64,000 bases of DNA from an uncultured delta proteobacterium (GCA_963790475.1 CAWBOS010000013.1:64001-128000), one strand, 5' to 3'; shown: positions 50,577 through 61,030, numbered from the stretch's first letter. Numbers and translations are program-made. Notes: generated by a model not told the origin, from the sequence alone.

Positions 50577-50621
50577 GCCTTCCCCGCCTTCCCCGCCTTC
50601 CCCGCCTTCCCCGCCTTCCCC
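50577..50621. repeat. Perfect 9-bp tandem repeat (GCCTTCCCC) x5
   Basis: Read directly from the sequence. Confidence 0.92.
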
Positions 50622-51031
50622 CTGGACTCACCTCACTTCATTCAATTCAATTTCAGTAGTTTCCAAGAAAAAAGCAAAAAAACTTGACTTTTTTTGACAA
50701 GCTCATTTGGTATCCCTTCCAGTTATCCTTTTTGGATACCCATCTATCATGCAGATGCCCCTTTGTTCATTTGGCTTTAAAGCGCCAGTACACGATAGAC
50801 CGAAGTCAATCTGTCTCCACGGATTTCTAACATGGATTCGTTTATCGCCGCCATAACCGCCGATCGCAAAGGTTCCCGTAGTTCAACTTTTTCAGCCAAC
50901 CCAAGAAGGTAGACAGACGGCAATGTCTCGCTTCTTTCAAGGCCCGGCCGGTTTCCGCATCTGGCCTTGCTTGTGCATTTCCAAGGGCGATAACCCCGGC
51001 CAGGGCCCCGGCTTCTTGCGCAAATAATAAG

Positions 51032-51559
51032 GGCGATGATACGTTCCGGGGGTCCTGGCCCCTTACGGAATATAGAGATGATATTCTCTACCCGGTTTCC
51101 TTTGATAGCGCAGGCGCCAAGGCACAGATGCGAGTCTTCTTTGACGCAGCAGAAATGCAAGCCAAGGGTACTCCTCCCGGGGAACTAAAGAAAATCATCA
51201 AAGACCGTTACAAATCAGGATACTATAAAGCGCCGGAACGAGCCGGTATCTCATATATGCTATCGCCAGTGCTGAGAACGTACATGAACCCGGAAGAAAA
51301 CGACAGTGTCGTCACCCTTAACGTGCCACACGTCATGTACTACGCCCCCAATGTATCCAATGAAGACATAGGCGGCGGGCAATTGGGTGGCATGTATCCT
51401 TTTGTTATAATGCCCGGCCCCCATGGATACTTCATCCAGTTTCTCGGCCTAACGGAAAGAGCGGCCATTAATAAGGAGTACGAAGAGATGCTTGCACGAC
51501 TTTGCAAAATAAACGAAAAGTGGTGTTTAACCCCTATGCCGGCTTCGATCTACAAATGA
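51032..51559 (+). pseudogene. Hypothetical protein, probably 5'-truncated
   Basis: Frame is open upstream of ATG 51128 (DDTFRGSWPLTEYRDDILYPVSFD...) with no evident start; GISYMLSP and PHVMYYAP look like conserved motifs. Confidence 0.45.
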
Positions 51560-51736
51560 AAGCTTGCAAAATCGAAGAAGTGTGGTGTTTGCCAAAAGAG
51601 AAAGACCAATATTGATGGGAACGAGTGAGGACACGCTCTCACTTATTCGCGCTCACCACAGCGGCTGGATTCGCCCAAGGAGATTAATAAGCTATTGCGT
51701 CCTTAATTCTTGGCCATACGATAAAGGAGGGAAATC

Positions 51737-52171
51737 ATGCCTGATATTCTTCACAGAGTCGGAATCAGATCCGCACCTCAAAAGGTTTTTGAGGCGCTTT
51801 CCACTATTGATGGACTTTCTCATTGGTGAGTTGTGGATACTAAGGGGAACGCCGAGCAAGGTGGAATTATTAACTTCGGGTTCGCCGACATGAGAGTTGT
51901 GGAGCTAAAGCCTGACAAACTAGTGAAATGGAAATGCGTGAAGGGGCCTAAGGAGTGGCTGGATACAGACCTGACCTTTCAATTGAAGGCCAAAAAGGAT
52001 CAGACTTTTACTTTTGTCCTATTCACGCACGCCAACTGGAAGAAACCCACAGAATTAATGCGCCATTGCAGTACGAAGTGGGCTACATTTCTTTTAAGTT
52101 TGAGGGATTGGTTGGAAAGGGGTGAAGGTCGTCCCTCTCCTTATGATGTCAAAATTGCTGTTGATGATTAA
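51737..52171 (+). pseudogene. SRPBCC/AHSA1-like protein with a premature stop
   Basis: AAGGAGG RBS, MPDILHRVGIRSAPQKVFEALSTIDGLSHW* (TGA 51827 where W is expected), in frame with ...WKCVKGPKEW...HCSTKWATFLLSL. Confidence 0.8.
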
Positions 52172-52237
52172 ACATTTTTAGATTGAGCAAAGGCCTCGTT
52201 GTCGTCTTCGGTCCTGTCTCTGACCCCAAGGGCACTT

Positions 52238-52373
52238 TGAGGTGGCCCCAAAAATTGGACGATGTAATAAGCTTTGAGTTAGCCCGAAAGGAAGGAGGCG
52301 GCTGTGGGCAAAAAGGAGGGATGAAACCTCTCGTTCAAGGATGGAGTAGTCCAACCGTTTCTCGCATATTTCA
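52238..52373. mobile_element. Possible IS3-like end remnant truncating a YciI-like fragment
   Basis: TGAGGTGGCCCCAAAAATTGGAC resembles IS3-family TIRs; weak partner GTCCAA...TTCA ending 52373; preceded by GLVVVFGPVSDPKG. Confidence 0.35.
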
Positions 52374-52546
52374 ATAAGTAACAGTTAATTTTAGGGGCTA
52401 CCCTTTTAGTGGATTGTATGTGTAAGGGGTTAATTGGGGGGAGAAGACTGTTTTTTCGAGTAATTTAAAGTAGCTGAAACTTTATGATATTATCCGAAAA
52501 ACCGCCCGATAATTTGTTCGGCGGTGAGACAAAGGAGGATGACGGA

Positions 52547-52765
52547 GTGAAAATGTCGCTCAAGACCTATACGGCATAAAGCATCGGCTGTGCTGTTGTA
52601 TGGGCCGTCATTTTGGCTTTTGTTGCGTCTGAAGCCAGCAAAGAAACTAGGCAGACCTTTTTCTTGCTCTTCCTTGGATGGGTGATCGGGTGGCTCTCGG
52701 CCACGATCGCCAGGGCCGTTTACCCGCCACCTAAATCGCGGCGGCCGGTGGACAAAGCTTCCTGA
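52547..52765 (+). pseudogene. Small two-TM cassette protein with an in-frame TAA
   Basis: AAGGAGG RBS; MKMSLKTYTA*SIGCAVVWAVILAFVA...GWVIGWLSATIARAVYPPPK; TAA at 52577. Confidence 0.65.
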
Positions 52766-52832
52766 GGGTTGGGAAAATCAAATACGGGCCACGTAGCCGT
52801 GGTCGGCAAACCGGTGCATTCAAGGCTGGCTT

Positions 52833-52926
52833 GCCGAACCAATTGCTGCAACAGACGGCGGCTGCTTCAGCGGCTTTCTCAAGTTTCGGCTCAGAAAGCC
52901 ACCGCTGCTGAGCTTTGGCGTTGATA
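52833..52926 (+). mobile_element. Integron attC-like recombination site
   Basis: R'' GCCGAAC, GCTGCAACAG...CTGCTGAGC arms, central GGCTTTCT/AGAAAGCC hairpin, G|TT at 52920; R'' is complementary to GTTCGGC at 52516. Confidence 0.72.
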
Positions 52927-53051
52927 ACTTACAAAGGTAATCGTTAATTCAAGCACATACCCATCAAGCATATCTGTAGTTCTGATAGAATTACGGCATA
53001 GATATATTTTCTTCCCATTGCCCATTTTCATCTTTCCGCGGAGCCAAAGAT

Positions 53052-53084
53052 AAAAAAAGGCCCATCTCTCTATGGGCCTTTTTT
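53052..53084. terminator. Bidirectional intrinsic terminator
   Basis: AAAAAAAGGCCCAT...ATGGGCCTTTTTT. Confidence 0.8.
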
Positions 53085-53177
53085 GTGGACAGCGGTCTTC
53101 TATATTTTCACCTCGTCCTTTTCAGGATTAGGCGTTGCTTGGTTTAGTCGGAGAGTGCTCTTTTAATCATACGCAAT

Positions 53178-53744
53178 TTATTTACCGTTCTTAAAATTCA
53201 GATCCTCGGGAATCAGGGAAAACATAATCGCATCGTAAACGTGATCCCTTACGATCAGCCGTTTTCGTAATCGGCCTTCGCGGGAAGCACCTATTTTCGT
53301 GGCCACACCCTGGCTGGGGATATTCCCGGTCGCCACAATAATCTCGATCCTGTTCAGTTTCAACTCCTCAAAACCAAATCGGGCCACCAGGGGAATCCCG
53401 GCGGTCGCCACGCCTTGTCTGGCATTACTGGTCCTGATCCAATACCCGAGATTGGCGAAACGATTTTCTCGGTCGAGGTTATTCAGGCCACAAATACCAA
53501 GCGGGCGGCCATTGGAGCGATCCGCGATCAGGAAATCATACTCCATTCCCTTCTGCCAGGTATCAGGACGAGACCCTAACCAAGCTCGGCTATCTTCAAT
53601 GGAGTATCCCCGGTGGCACCAGGGCATCCACGGCGACAATTCCCTGATCGATTCACGGACGGCTTCAAAAACCGGTTCCGCATCATTCGGTTGGCAGGGG
53701 CGAACAACTATCGATCCGTCCGGCGTTGTAAAATAGGAGGGCAT
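53178..53744 (-). CDS. GNAT acetyltransferase, RimJ/RimL family
   Basis: ELSPWMPW, ANLGYWI, GFEELKLNRIEI, REGRLR. Confidence 0.9.
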   Translation of the reverse strand: MPSYFTTPDGSIVVRPCQPNDAEPVFEAVRESIRELSPWMPWCHRGYSIEDSRAWLGSRPDTWQKGMEYDFLIADRSNGRPLGICGLNNLDRENRFANLGYWIRTSNARQGVATAGIPLVARFGFEELKLNRIEIIVATGNIPSQGVATKIGASREGRLRKRLIVRDHVYDAIMFSLIPEDLNFKNGK

Positions 53745-53889
53745 TTTTCCTCCGAACCAGAAGTCTGAATAGAGAGCATAATGTGTCGGAAAATAAGATG
53801 ATCAAATCTTGTTGAAATTTCACCATAATTTTTATATGGTTGTCAATAGAAATAGTATCGATTGAGGAAGAGCGTAATTCAAATTATCG

Positions 53890-54198
53890 GTGGGAACAGC
53901 CATGCTATCACTATTCAAAACATCCGGAACCATTCTTCTTCCAATGTTTTTATCAAGCCTCCTGCTGGTCGGATTTGCTCAAGGGGAAGGTGCGAAAGAA
54001 GGCAACATGCCCCTCCGCCAATTCATGGATTTGCGTCATAACCACAACCGCTCTTATCCGGCACACGGTCAGTTCGTTGAGGTATTGCCGCAAGGCCACC
54101 GAGAAGTGTTTTGGGGAAAGGAACGATACCATTTCTTTAAGGGGGTCTGGTATCGCCCGATCGGAAGGCAATTCCTTAAGGAAGGGGATATTCGGTGA
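53890..54198 (+). pseudogene. Probable truncated secreted protein
   Basis: Signal-peptide-like N-terminus, HNRSYPAHG...YHFFKGVWYRP, then an abrupt end. Confidence 0.35.
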
Positions 54199-54357
54199 AA
54201 TAAAGGGAAACCAGCAAAGATCTCTTGCCTCCGGAACAGTAAAACCGCACCCTAATCTGTAAAGCGCCGGACACTTATTAAGAGACCATAGAGTTATGCT
54301 CATGTTCTCATTTAATGGATTTTAATGCTAAATTATATAGGAAAAGACATTTATTCC

Positions 54358-54386
54358 TTGACTTGTTCAAAAGATGAGATTATATT
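54358..54386 (+). promoter_or_regulatory. sigma70-like promoter
   Basis: TTGACT-17 bp-TATATT. Confidence 0.6.
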
Positions 54387-54485
54387 TATTCCTAATACGA
54401 AGGCATCCTTTTGATATATCTAAATTATTCAATGGGAAAAAAGGGAAGAAGAGAAGAATTAATAATATATAATAAGGAGGATAAA

Positions 54486-55505
54486 ATGAAAGCCAAAACT
54501 GTATGGGTGACACTGCTGCTCTTTTTCACTATCGGAGTTTTTCCGCTTTATGTCGAAGGAGCTCAAAAAATCAAAAGGCTTGGGGTAACGCCGATTTACA
54601 AAACAAAGGTAAGAATACATGCGGATAAAGTGTATTCTGTGGCCAAGAAGGTTGAAAAGGATTTAAAGGTCGGGTTCCAAAAGGCCGGAATACCAGAAGT
54701 CTTTGATCCTTTTATGGATCAGCTCAAGGCCTATGCCCCGGCCGAGGTCCAAATCCAACCCGGTACTACCCTCGAGTGGATGATCTTTAAAAAAGGAAAA
54801 TTGGTCGGTGTTGCCAAAGACGCGGTCTGGGCCGGTAAAAAACCCTTTAGGGCCTTCCGAACCGTTGTCCGGTATCAGGACAAAAACTACGAATTTATTA
54901 TTCCGGAGATTTGTATGAATGTGGCGCTGAAGGGTATAACCGACATCCCAAAACCGCCACCGCCACCGCCTCCTCCGCCTAAGGTGGAAGCGCCGGCGCC
55001 GCCACCTCCTCCACCGCCAATCGCCCAAGAGGAAAAACCAGCCCCTCCTCCCCCGCCTGAACCGGCAAAGGTCGAGGAACCTAAAAAAGGATTCATTGTC
55101 CTTGATCTCGGATTTATGCAGAGACTGGATCCGACTCTCTTTGGTTTTGCGAGAATCGGTTATATGTATAAGTTCACTGAAAAAATGGCTTTAACGGGAT
55201 TGGTAGGTAATGAGTTTTTGGCGAAAGAAAATGATGTTATAAAAGATGATCATCCGGCCTTTTCGGGGGATCTCATTTTCTCCTTCTACCCCGTAAAAAG
55301 ATTCTTCATTGGAGTGGGAGCCGGGGCATGGGTTAATACCAAAGAAACCAAAGTTGATGCCATCGTGGAAACGGGTTTTCACCTCACCGATTTTGACAAG
55401 GCCCCTAATATAGCGGTATTCCTGGAAGGCAGATCAGCCTTCAGTAGGACCAACGAGGATCTGCCCTCGGAAAGAATCGGAGTGGGCATTAGATTGCTTT
55501 TTTAA
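54486..55505 (+). CDS. Exported protein with polyproline linker and C-terminal beta-barrel-like domain
   Basis: AAGGAGG RBS before ATG 54486; signal peptide; Pro runs; alternating beta pattern ending GVGIRLLF. Confidence 0.8.
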   Translation: MKAKTVWVTLLLFFTIGVFPLYVEGAQKIKRLGVTPIYKTKVRIHADKVYSVAKKVEKDLKVGFQKAGIPEVFDPFMDQLKAYAPAEVQIQPGTTLEWMIFKKGKLVGVAKDAVWAGKKPFRAFRTVVRYQDKNYEFIIPEICMNVALKGITDIPKPPPPPPPPPKVEAPAPPPPPPPIAQEEKPAPPPPPEPAKVEEPKKGFIVLDLGFMQRLDPTLFGFARIGYMYKFTEKMALTGLVGNEFLAKENDVIKDDHPAFSGDLIFSFYPVKRFFIGVGAGAWVNTKETKVDAIVETGFHLTDFDKAPNIAVFLEGRSAFSRTNEDLPSERIGVGIRLLF

Positions 55506-55526
55506 TAAAATTTATTAAATCCTCTC

Positions 55527-55559
55527 CAGCGAGGGGGGAATAAAATGCCCCCCTCGCTG
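55527..55559. terminator. Stem-loop after the exported protein gene
   Basis: CAGCGAGGGGGG...CCCCCCTCGCTG. Confidence 0.7.
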
Positions 55560-55801
55560 ACACTTATTTCCCTACTGCGAAAAAAACTACTGTTTCCCCT
55601 TCCTTTTCTACCCAATTCATCGTCATCAAGACTTTAATTTCCACAAAATATAGATCGGCAATCTTTGTTGGCATCATCGTTGCCAGAGTATATAGGGTGC
55701 TTCCAAAGGAACGGCGACATCGGGGAAATTGGGTATTACCCGGGCCGTAAAATCCGTTGCCGGCCGAGTCGCTAGAGGGACTGACGTATGGTATAAATAT
55801 C

Positions 55802-56326
55802 CGGTCGCTCAGAAAGATCAGATGGTTATGAATCTCATCCCAGCGGATAAAATCTGTCCACTGAATCAAGGCCTGCCCGGCAACGTCCGCCGGATGGGCC
55901 TTGCCGGCGATGAGAAGCTGTACCGGGTGCCGGGGATTGGTGAGGATGCGCAGGAGTCTGTCCCTGTCATGCAACAATAAATTGGGTCTCTTATAGGGTG
56001 TAAAACGGCGGGCAAAGCCTAAGGTTAAGGCATTGGGGTCGAACAGATGCTTTGCATCCTCAACCTCTCCGGGTGATGCACCGGCAGCTTCCAATTGCCG
56101 GGATAGCCGTTTCCTCACATACTCTACCAGGGTCTGGCGAGCGGAAGCCCGACACTCCAGAGCTTGGAATCGAAATACCTCTGATGTTCTCCTCCAGGGT
56201 CTCCAAGGTTCCATTCCAACGGTCCTTTCCGCATGAGCCGGTCCACAGGTCATCGAATTTTTCCGAATCCCAACTCGACATATGGACCCCGTTGGTCACC
56301 TGTCCCACCGGCACTTCCCTCGACTT
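55802..56326 (-). pseudogene. glgP: Alpha-glucan phosphorylase internal fragment
   Basis: VPVGQVTNGVHMSSW in one frame; LTLGFARRFTPYKRPNLL and IAGKAHPAD in another; both ends missing. Confidence 0.85.
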
Positions 56327-56919
56327 CGATGGGCAGAAAACTTGTAAATCGGGTTGCTGACCCGTGATGGCTTGTTCATAATCCCTCCCTTACCGGATCT
56401 TCGGCACTGGTCGCGGCGGCTGATGGGACTGCCTCTCCATCTTTGACCATTACCTGCGCTTCCTCACCACCTTATCCGCCGCCGAAAAAGATCAGGCTTT
56501 CGGTTTCTTTTCATCCCTACACAGATTCGTTTTTGATCTTCTTAACTTTACTCTCATTCCCGGATTGGTTCAATAGAGTGAATCTTGTATTTCATAAGAA
56601 GGAAGCATGTATTTTAAATGAGATTAAGGACAGGGCGAGGGTAAGGCAGTCGGAGTCCATGTAGCCATGGTCCCCTAATCAGGAGATTTTGAAGGGATTG
56701 GCTTTACCATCCCCGACAGCATGGCCCGTTATCGGTCGAAAACCTCCGACGCTCATGGAAAGGAGAAGCGGGATTGGTTGAGATTCAGCATCCGGGTTCT
56801 TAACTCGAGACCGCTTAAATCGGTCCAGGCCGGCAATGAAAAGGGACCCCTATTACCGAAGGGATGAGCGGATAATCCCAAACCCAAAATTATTAGTAAA
56901 CAGGGCCCCTCTTTTCCTA

Positions 56920-57243
56920 TTAGCCGATGACCAGATAGAACCCGGCGATAAGGATACCGCTGATCACAAAGGCCCCGACAATAAAGCTGTTCAATCTATC
57001 CGGATTTATATTTAGGCCCTGACCATTATTCGCTCTGGCGAAGATCAACCCCAGGACGAAAAAGACAATCAGGTCCAGAAGGGTATGGGTGATCCAGTGA
57101 TGGGTCGTGGCCGCCTTCATCCAGGCCATGACCGTATTGGGGTTCGTTTCCTTTAGGATCAACAATAGAACGCTGAACAGGCAAGTGATGGAAAAGGACA
57201 AGCCAAAGGACCGGCCATATTTTCCAATTTCGATATTCTTCAT
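56920..57243 (-). CDS. Small 3-TM membrane protein
   Basis: Hydrophobic segments, HHWITH motif, GAGGTG RBS. Confidence 0.75.
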   Translation of the reverse strand: MKNIEIGKYGRSFGLSFSITCLFSVLLLILKETNPNTVMAWMKAATTHHWITHTLLDLIVFFVLGLIFARANNGQGLNINPDRLNSFIVGAFVISGILIAGFYLVIG

Positions 57244-57260
57244 CTTTCACCTCTTCTCTT

Positions 57261-57716
57261 TTACTTAGCGAGTAAACCAACCCGAACACCCATACTGATG
57301 ATGGCTCCTGCGCCTTCCATGGCTACCGTGGTCAGGACCAGCAGGCCCGTGGCCCAGAGCGCAATCTTTCGGGCCCCTTTATTGACCGCCAGGTTGTTAT
57401 AAGCCACTATCGGTAAATAGGTGGCCAGCAACAAGAGCATCATCACTATGTGCTCTTTCGATTCCATGAAAAAATCGTGGGCAAAGGGCCACGGTCCTTT
57501 CAGGATCAAGGTCTTATCCGCAGAATAGTGGACCACATAAAAATATCCGGCCAATATATAAGTCAACCACATCAAGCCGGCAATGATCACGCTCAAGGTT
57601 TTTATCCTGCCCTGGTTCTCTTCTTTGGCATTCAAGACATCCACGAAAAACCAGACACCCGCCAGACCCAACAGGGAGCCTAAAATGGCGTGAGTCATTA
57701 AAGTAAAATAATTCAT
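57261..57716 (-). CDS. 4-TM membrane protein
   Basis: Hydrophobic segments; HAILG and GPWPFAHDFFMESKEH; AAGGAGG RBS. Confidence 0.78.
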   Translation of the reverse strand: MNYFTLMTHAILGSLLGLAGVWFFVDVLNAKEENQGRIKTLSVIIAGLMWLTYILAGYFYVVHYSADKTLILKGPWPFAHDFFMESKEHIVMMLLLLATYLPIVAYNNLAVNKGARKIALWATGLLVLTTVAMEGAGAIISMGVRVGLLAK

Positions 57717-57866
57717 TTGGCCTCCTTTCGACCCCGATCGCGACGGTGGCTTGGGATTCCTTCTTTCCCGCCGATCGCAATCTTACTGAAATTAATTGGT
57801 TACCTTTCTTTATATCGAGAGAAGCCCTCCGGGAGCTTTCTTTCCCCTGACCGCCAAATCAGCAGT

Positions 57867-58751
57867 TTAATTAATCCCTAATTTGTTCGGTCTTAAATTC
57901 AAACTGACTTTTTCCTCCTTCGGACCAAAGGTAAATTGATACCCCAGATAAGCGGTAAAAAGGTTGGGTCCGTTAAAGTCCCGGCCGGCGGAAAGCAGGA
58001 TATGATGGTCTTCGGTAAGATTGATGATGGCTCCCACTTGAAATCCGTTACTTTCATCCCCGCCTTCACGACTGGCGCTCCGGTGAAACACCTCGGCCCC
58101 CAAAGTAAACTGTTTAGTAATCTCTCGCTGTACCAGCCAGCCGAAAAACCACCAATCTTTATTGCCCTCTCCCGGATTGATCCAATAGCCTCCCCCGCCA
58201 TAGGAGGTCCACGGCCCCCAACTCTTCTGGAACCATAAAGGCAGATAGATCTGGGTCTCCCCGCTGCCCAATCCCTTTTTCTGGTCACCGGTAGGTATGA
58301 GTACTATCGGAAAAGTACCCACCATGGGCATCGATTCCGATTCCTGAATAAAGCGGTACTTGATGCCCAATTCCGTATCCCCATAACCATATTGCGAGTC
58401 TTCCCCCTCCGCTTTGACGTACTGAAAAGGGGCGATTAAATGGAGGTGTATATTGGGAAGAACCCCATAATTGAACTCCAGATGCGGTAAGGTGGCTGAT
58501 TTCCCATCATCACTGTGTATATATTGGGAGGCCAAGTAAAACTCCCCATGTTTATAATCCGCCGGTTCCGGATCGTCCGTAAAAAACGGAGGTCCGGCCC
58601 AGGCGGTCATTAACCCAAACACCAGCGGAAAAATAACCGCCAGGATTGTTACCAATAGGAACGATTTGATCGGGATAGTCTGGCTTATATTTGTTGGCTT
58701 TAGAGCCATCAAAAAATGTTTTAGATCAGGAACTCGTTTATTCTTCTTCAT
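57867..58751 (-). CDS. Putative outer-membrane beta-barrel ('transporter' family) protein
   Basis: Signal segment ending AWA-GPPFFTDDP, GYGDTELGIKYRF, C-terminal YLGYQFTF. Confidence 0.75.
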   Translation of the reverse strand: MKKNKRVPDLKHFLMALKPTNISQTIPIKSFLLVTILAVIFPLVFGLMTAWAGPPFFTDDPEPADYKHGEFYLASQYIHSDDGKSATLPHLEFNYGVLPNIHLHLIAPFQYVKAEGEDSQYGYGDTELGIKYRFIQESESMPMVGTFPIVLIPTGDQKKGLGSGETQIYLPLWFQKSWGPWTSYGGGGYWINPGEGNKDWWFFGWLVQREITKQFTLGAEVFHRSASREGGDESNGFQVGAIINLTEDHHILLSAGRDFNGPNLFTAYLGYQFTFGPKEEKVSLNLRPNKLGIN

Positions 58752-58853
58752 TAATGAACCTCCCTTATTTTCATTTTCATTTTTATCGCCACCTTCTCTT
58801 CACAAAACCCTTGTCGTCTCCACAACCAACCCATTGTATTTCTACAGCACCTT

Positions 58854-59153
58854 TTACTCTTCAATCTCCCTGATCAATTCCCGGACTTTCATTTTTGCCT
58901 CGGCCAGGCTTTTCCTTCCTATAGGGGTTATTTTATAATATTTCCTTATTCTCCCATCTACGAGGACAGGACAGGATTTTATTTGCTTGTCCCGTTCCAT
59001 TTTGTGAAGGATTGGATAAAGGGTCCCCGGGCTTAATCTATATCCATGGTGTCCAAGCTCGTCGATTAACCATAACCCATAGACCGGTTCTTTTGTGGCA
59101 TGATGCAATATATGAATTCTGATAAATCCCAAATAAAATTCCTTTATGATCAA
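58854..59153 (-). CDS. PadR family transcriptional regulator
   Basis: HILHHA, YGLWLIDEL, SPGTLYPILH, RKYYKITPIG. Confidence 0.92.
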   Translation of the reverse strand: MIIKEFYLGFIRIHILHHATKEPVYGLWLIDELGHHGYRLSPGTLYPILHKMERDKQIKSCPVLVDGRIRKYYKITPIGRKSLAEAKMKVRELIREIEE

Positions 59154-59187
59154 TTTAGATAATTCTCCTCTACGATAACGTCTACAA

Positions 59188-59242
59188 GTATCGTCTAACG
59201 ATATTGTATATAGATATTAACCACAGCAAAAACTTTTGTCAA
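59188..59242 (-). promoter_or_regulatory. sigma70 promoter of the padR operon with a downstream palindrome
   Basis: TTGACA (59237-59242)-17 bp-TAATAT (59214-59219); TATCG-N5-CGATA palindrome at 59189-59203. Confidence 0.62.
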
Positions 59243-59491
59243 GTTATTTTGAAAAGAAATAGAATACTATTTCCTTTCCCGTTCCCGGCCTTAAGGGTTG
59301 GGGAAGGCAAGCAGCGGTATTTTCTAAATCGAAGGATAGCTATCAAAGGCAGGGTTGGGACAATTTTTCGCTTTAAATTGCTAGCCTGTCTAAAGGATGG
59401 GGGGGGGTAGGACATTCTTTCTAACAAATTATTTAGGCAACCTCAGGAAAGACTTGATGGATTGATTGGGTTGGAGGTGGAAAGAAGATTA

Positions 59492-60817
59492 TTACTTGAA
59501 TGCCTTTACAACCTTGGAAAAAGGCCGAACCAGACAGAGCATACCTCCGATTCTACCCAGGAGGAAAGCAGTAGCCGCCGCTACAGCCCCGACGAAATCC
59601 AAATGAACAATGGTCACAAAAAGGGCCGCCAGGACAATGAGCAATTCCACCCCGGTACCCCAGGTTATTGGAGCCGTATGCCGGGCACTGACCAGGACCG
59701 AACGTTGGAAGGTAACCAGCATCCACAGACCGGGCATGACCGTCAATAGTTTAACCGGGGTCAGGGCAAATTGGGTTAATTCAACAGACAGGCCTGAAAC
59801 CCCGTGAAACCAAAAATAAGAAAGGGGAGTGAATCCGATGCCGACCAGGAGTCCTGTAGTAACCACACCCAAGCCCAAAGCAAAATTGCGCAGGGCCTTA
59901 AAATTGCGATTATTATCCCCTACCAGGGCGATGACGACATCGTGAAAGGACATCCCACAACTCATGAAGAGAAATATCAGCCCTGAAATAACCGGAAGCA
60001 CAGCCAGGGATTCAATGGCCATACGGCTCTTGCCAACGAAAAAAGTCACGGCCGGCTGGACCCCTAAGGCCAAAAGGGAAGTCAAAGCCAGCGGCAAATA
60101 GAAGTTAAGAATGGCCCGATAAGTAAGGGAGTCCCCATCAACTCCTTCTCCAATTTCGGTTTCCGACAGCAGCTGATGAATAATACCGCGGGCCATGAAG
60201 CGGCTCAAAATCGCCTCCAGGGTAACGGCGAACAAGAGGATGATGGCTCCTGTCCAGGCACCCTCGAATATAGAAAACCGATACAATAGCAACCCGAGCG
60301 AAGTGATACCGATAAAACGGACGGCAGTTCCTAAAGCCACATAACGGGTTTGATCGTGACGGATCAAAACCCCTTGATAAAACCGGCGATATCCGATGGC
60401 CCAGGGGATAGGGGTTGAGATAAGAACCGTTCCATAGGTAAGACGGGCAATATGATTGGGAAGACCGATCAGTTTTTGGCTGAGGAAATAGAACACAGCC
60501 GGGATGGCCGTGATACCCATCATTAAAGTGATTATTCCTATCAGGACAAAAGTGAATCGCCGCATTTTGATAAAAGCTTCCCGGTCAATGACCAGGGCGG
60601 TCGTGGCGCTGATAATCATCATCAGTGGAGCCTCCAGAATCAGGAGGAAGGAAAAGGCCACTCCAAAAGCGGCCAGATTGAATTTGGGGGCGGCCATCCT
60701 GGCGATAATGGCACTCATCAGAGCGCCTTCCATGGCCATCATCAGCCAGGTCGATTCCAGGGGCAGCCAAAAAAGTAAAATTCGTTTGTAGGTCAGGTTG
60801 GGAGTTTCGGAGTCCAC
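59492..60817 (-). CDS. MATE/MOP-superfamily-like 12-TM membrane protein
   Basis: Two homologous halves starting LTYKRILLFWLPL and LTYRAILNFYLPL. Confidence 0.72.
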   Translation of the reverse strand: MDSETPNLTYKRILLFWLPLESTWLMMAMEGALMSAIIARMAAPKFNLAAFGVAFSFLLILEAPLMMIISATTALVIDREAFIKMRRFTFVLIGIITLMMGITAIPAVFYFLSQKLIGLPNHIARLTYGTVLISTPIPWAIGYRRFYQGVLIRHDQTRYVALGTAVRFIGITSLGLLLYRFSIFEGAWTGAIILLFAVTLEAILSRFMARGIIHQLLSETEIGEGVDGDSLTYRAILNFYLPLALTSLLALGVQPAVTFFVGKSRMAIESLAVLPVISGLIFLFMSCGMSFHDVVIALVGDNNRNFKALRNFALGLGVVTTGLLVGIGFTPLSYFWFHGVSGLSVELTQFALTPVKLLTVMPGLWMLVTFQRSVLVSARHTAPITWGTGVELLIVLAALFVTIVHLDFVGAVAAATAFLLGRIGGMLCLVRPFSKVVKAFK

Positions 60818-61030
60818 AATAATCTCATTCCCGCTAAAAGCGGCCCCAAAGAGACATCGCCCGCATCCCTTTATAAAAATCCGAAGAAATGCGGGCGATG
60901 GATATAGCTAATCTAATTAAACTTAAAATTCGATAAGACAAACTGTTATTTTTTCTGCTATGAATACCATTAAATGAGAAAACAGGCAAGGAAGAAAAAC
61001 GCGATCGACCTCTCTAATTCTTTCTAATTT

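Noticed and set aside
51827-51829. Stop-codon recoding (TGA as Trp/Sec; TAG at 5765; TAA at 52577)
   Set aside because: All three codons end normal genes in this window, and the affected genes are in decayed regions or carry other lesions
52803-52835. c-di-GMP-I riboswitch (GGCAAACC)
   Set aside because: No GAAA tetraloop or GACGCAAAG segment; the region is explained by the attC
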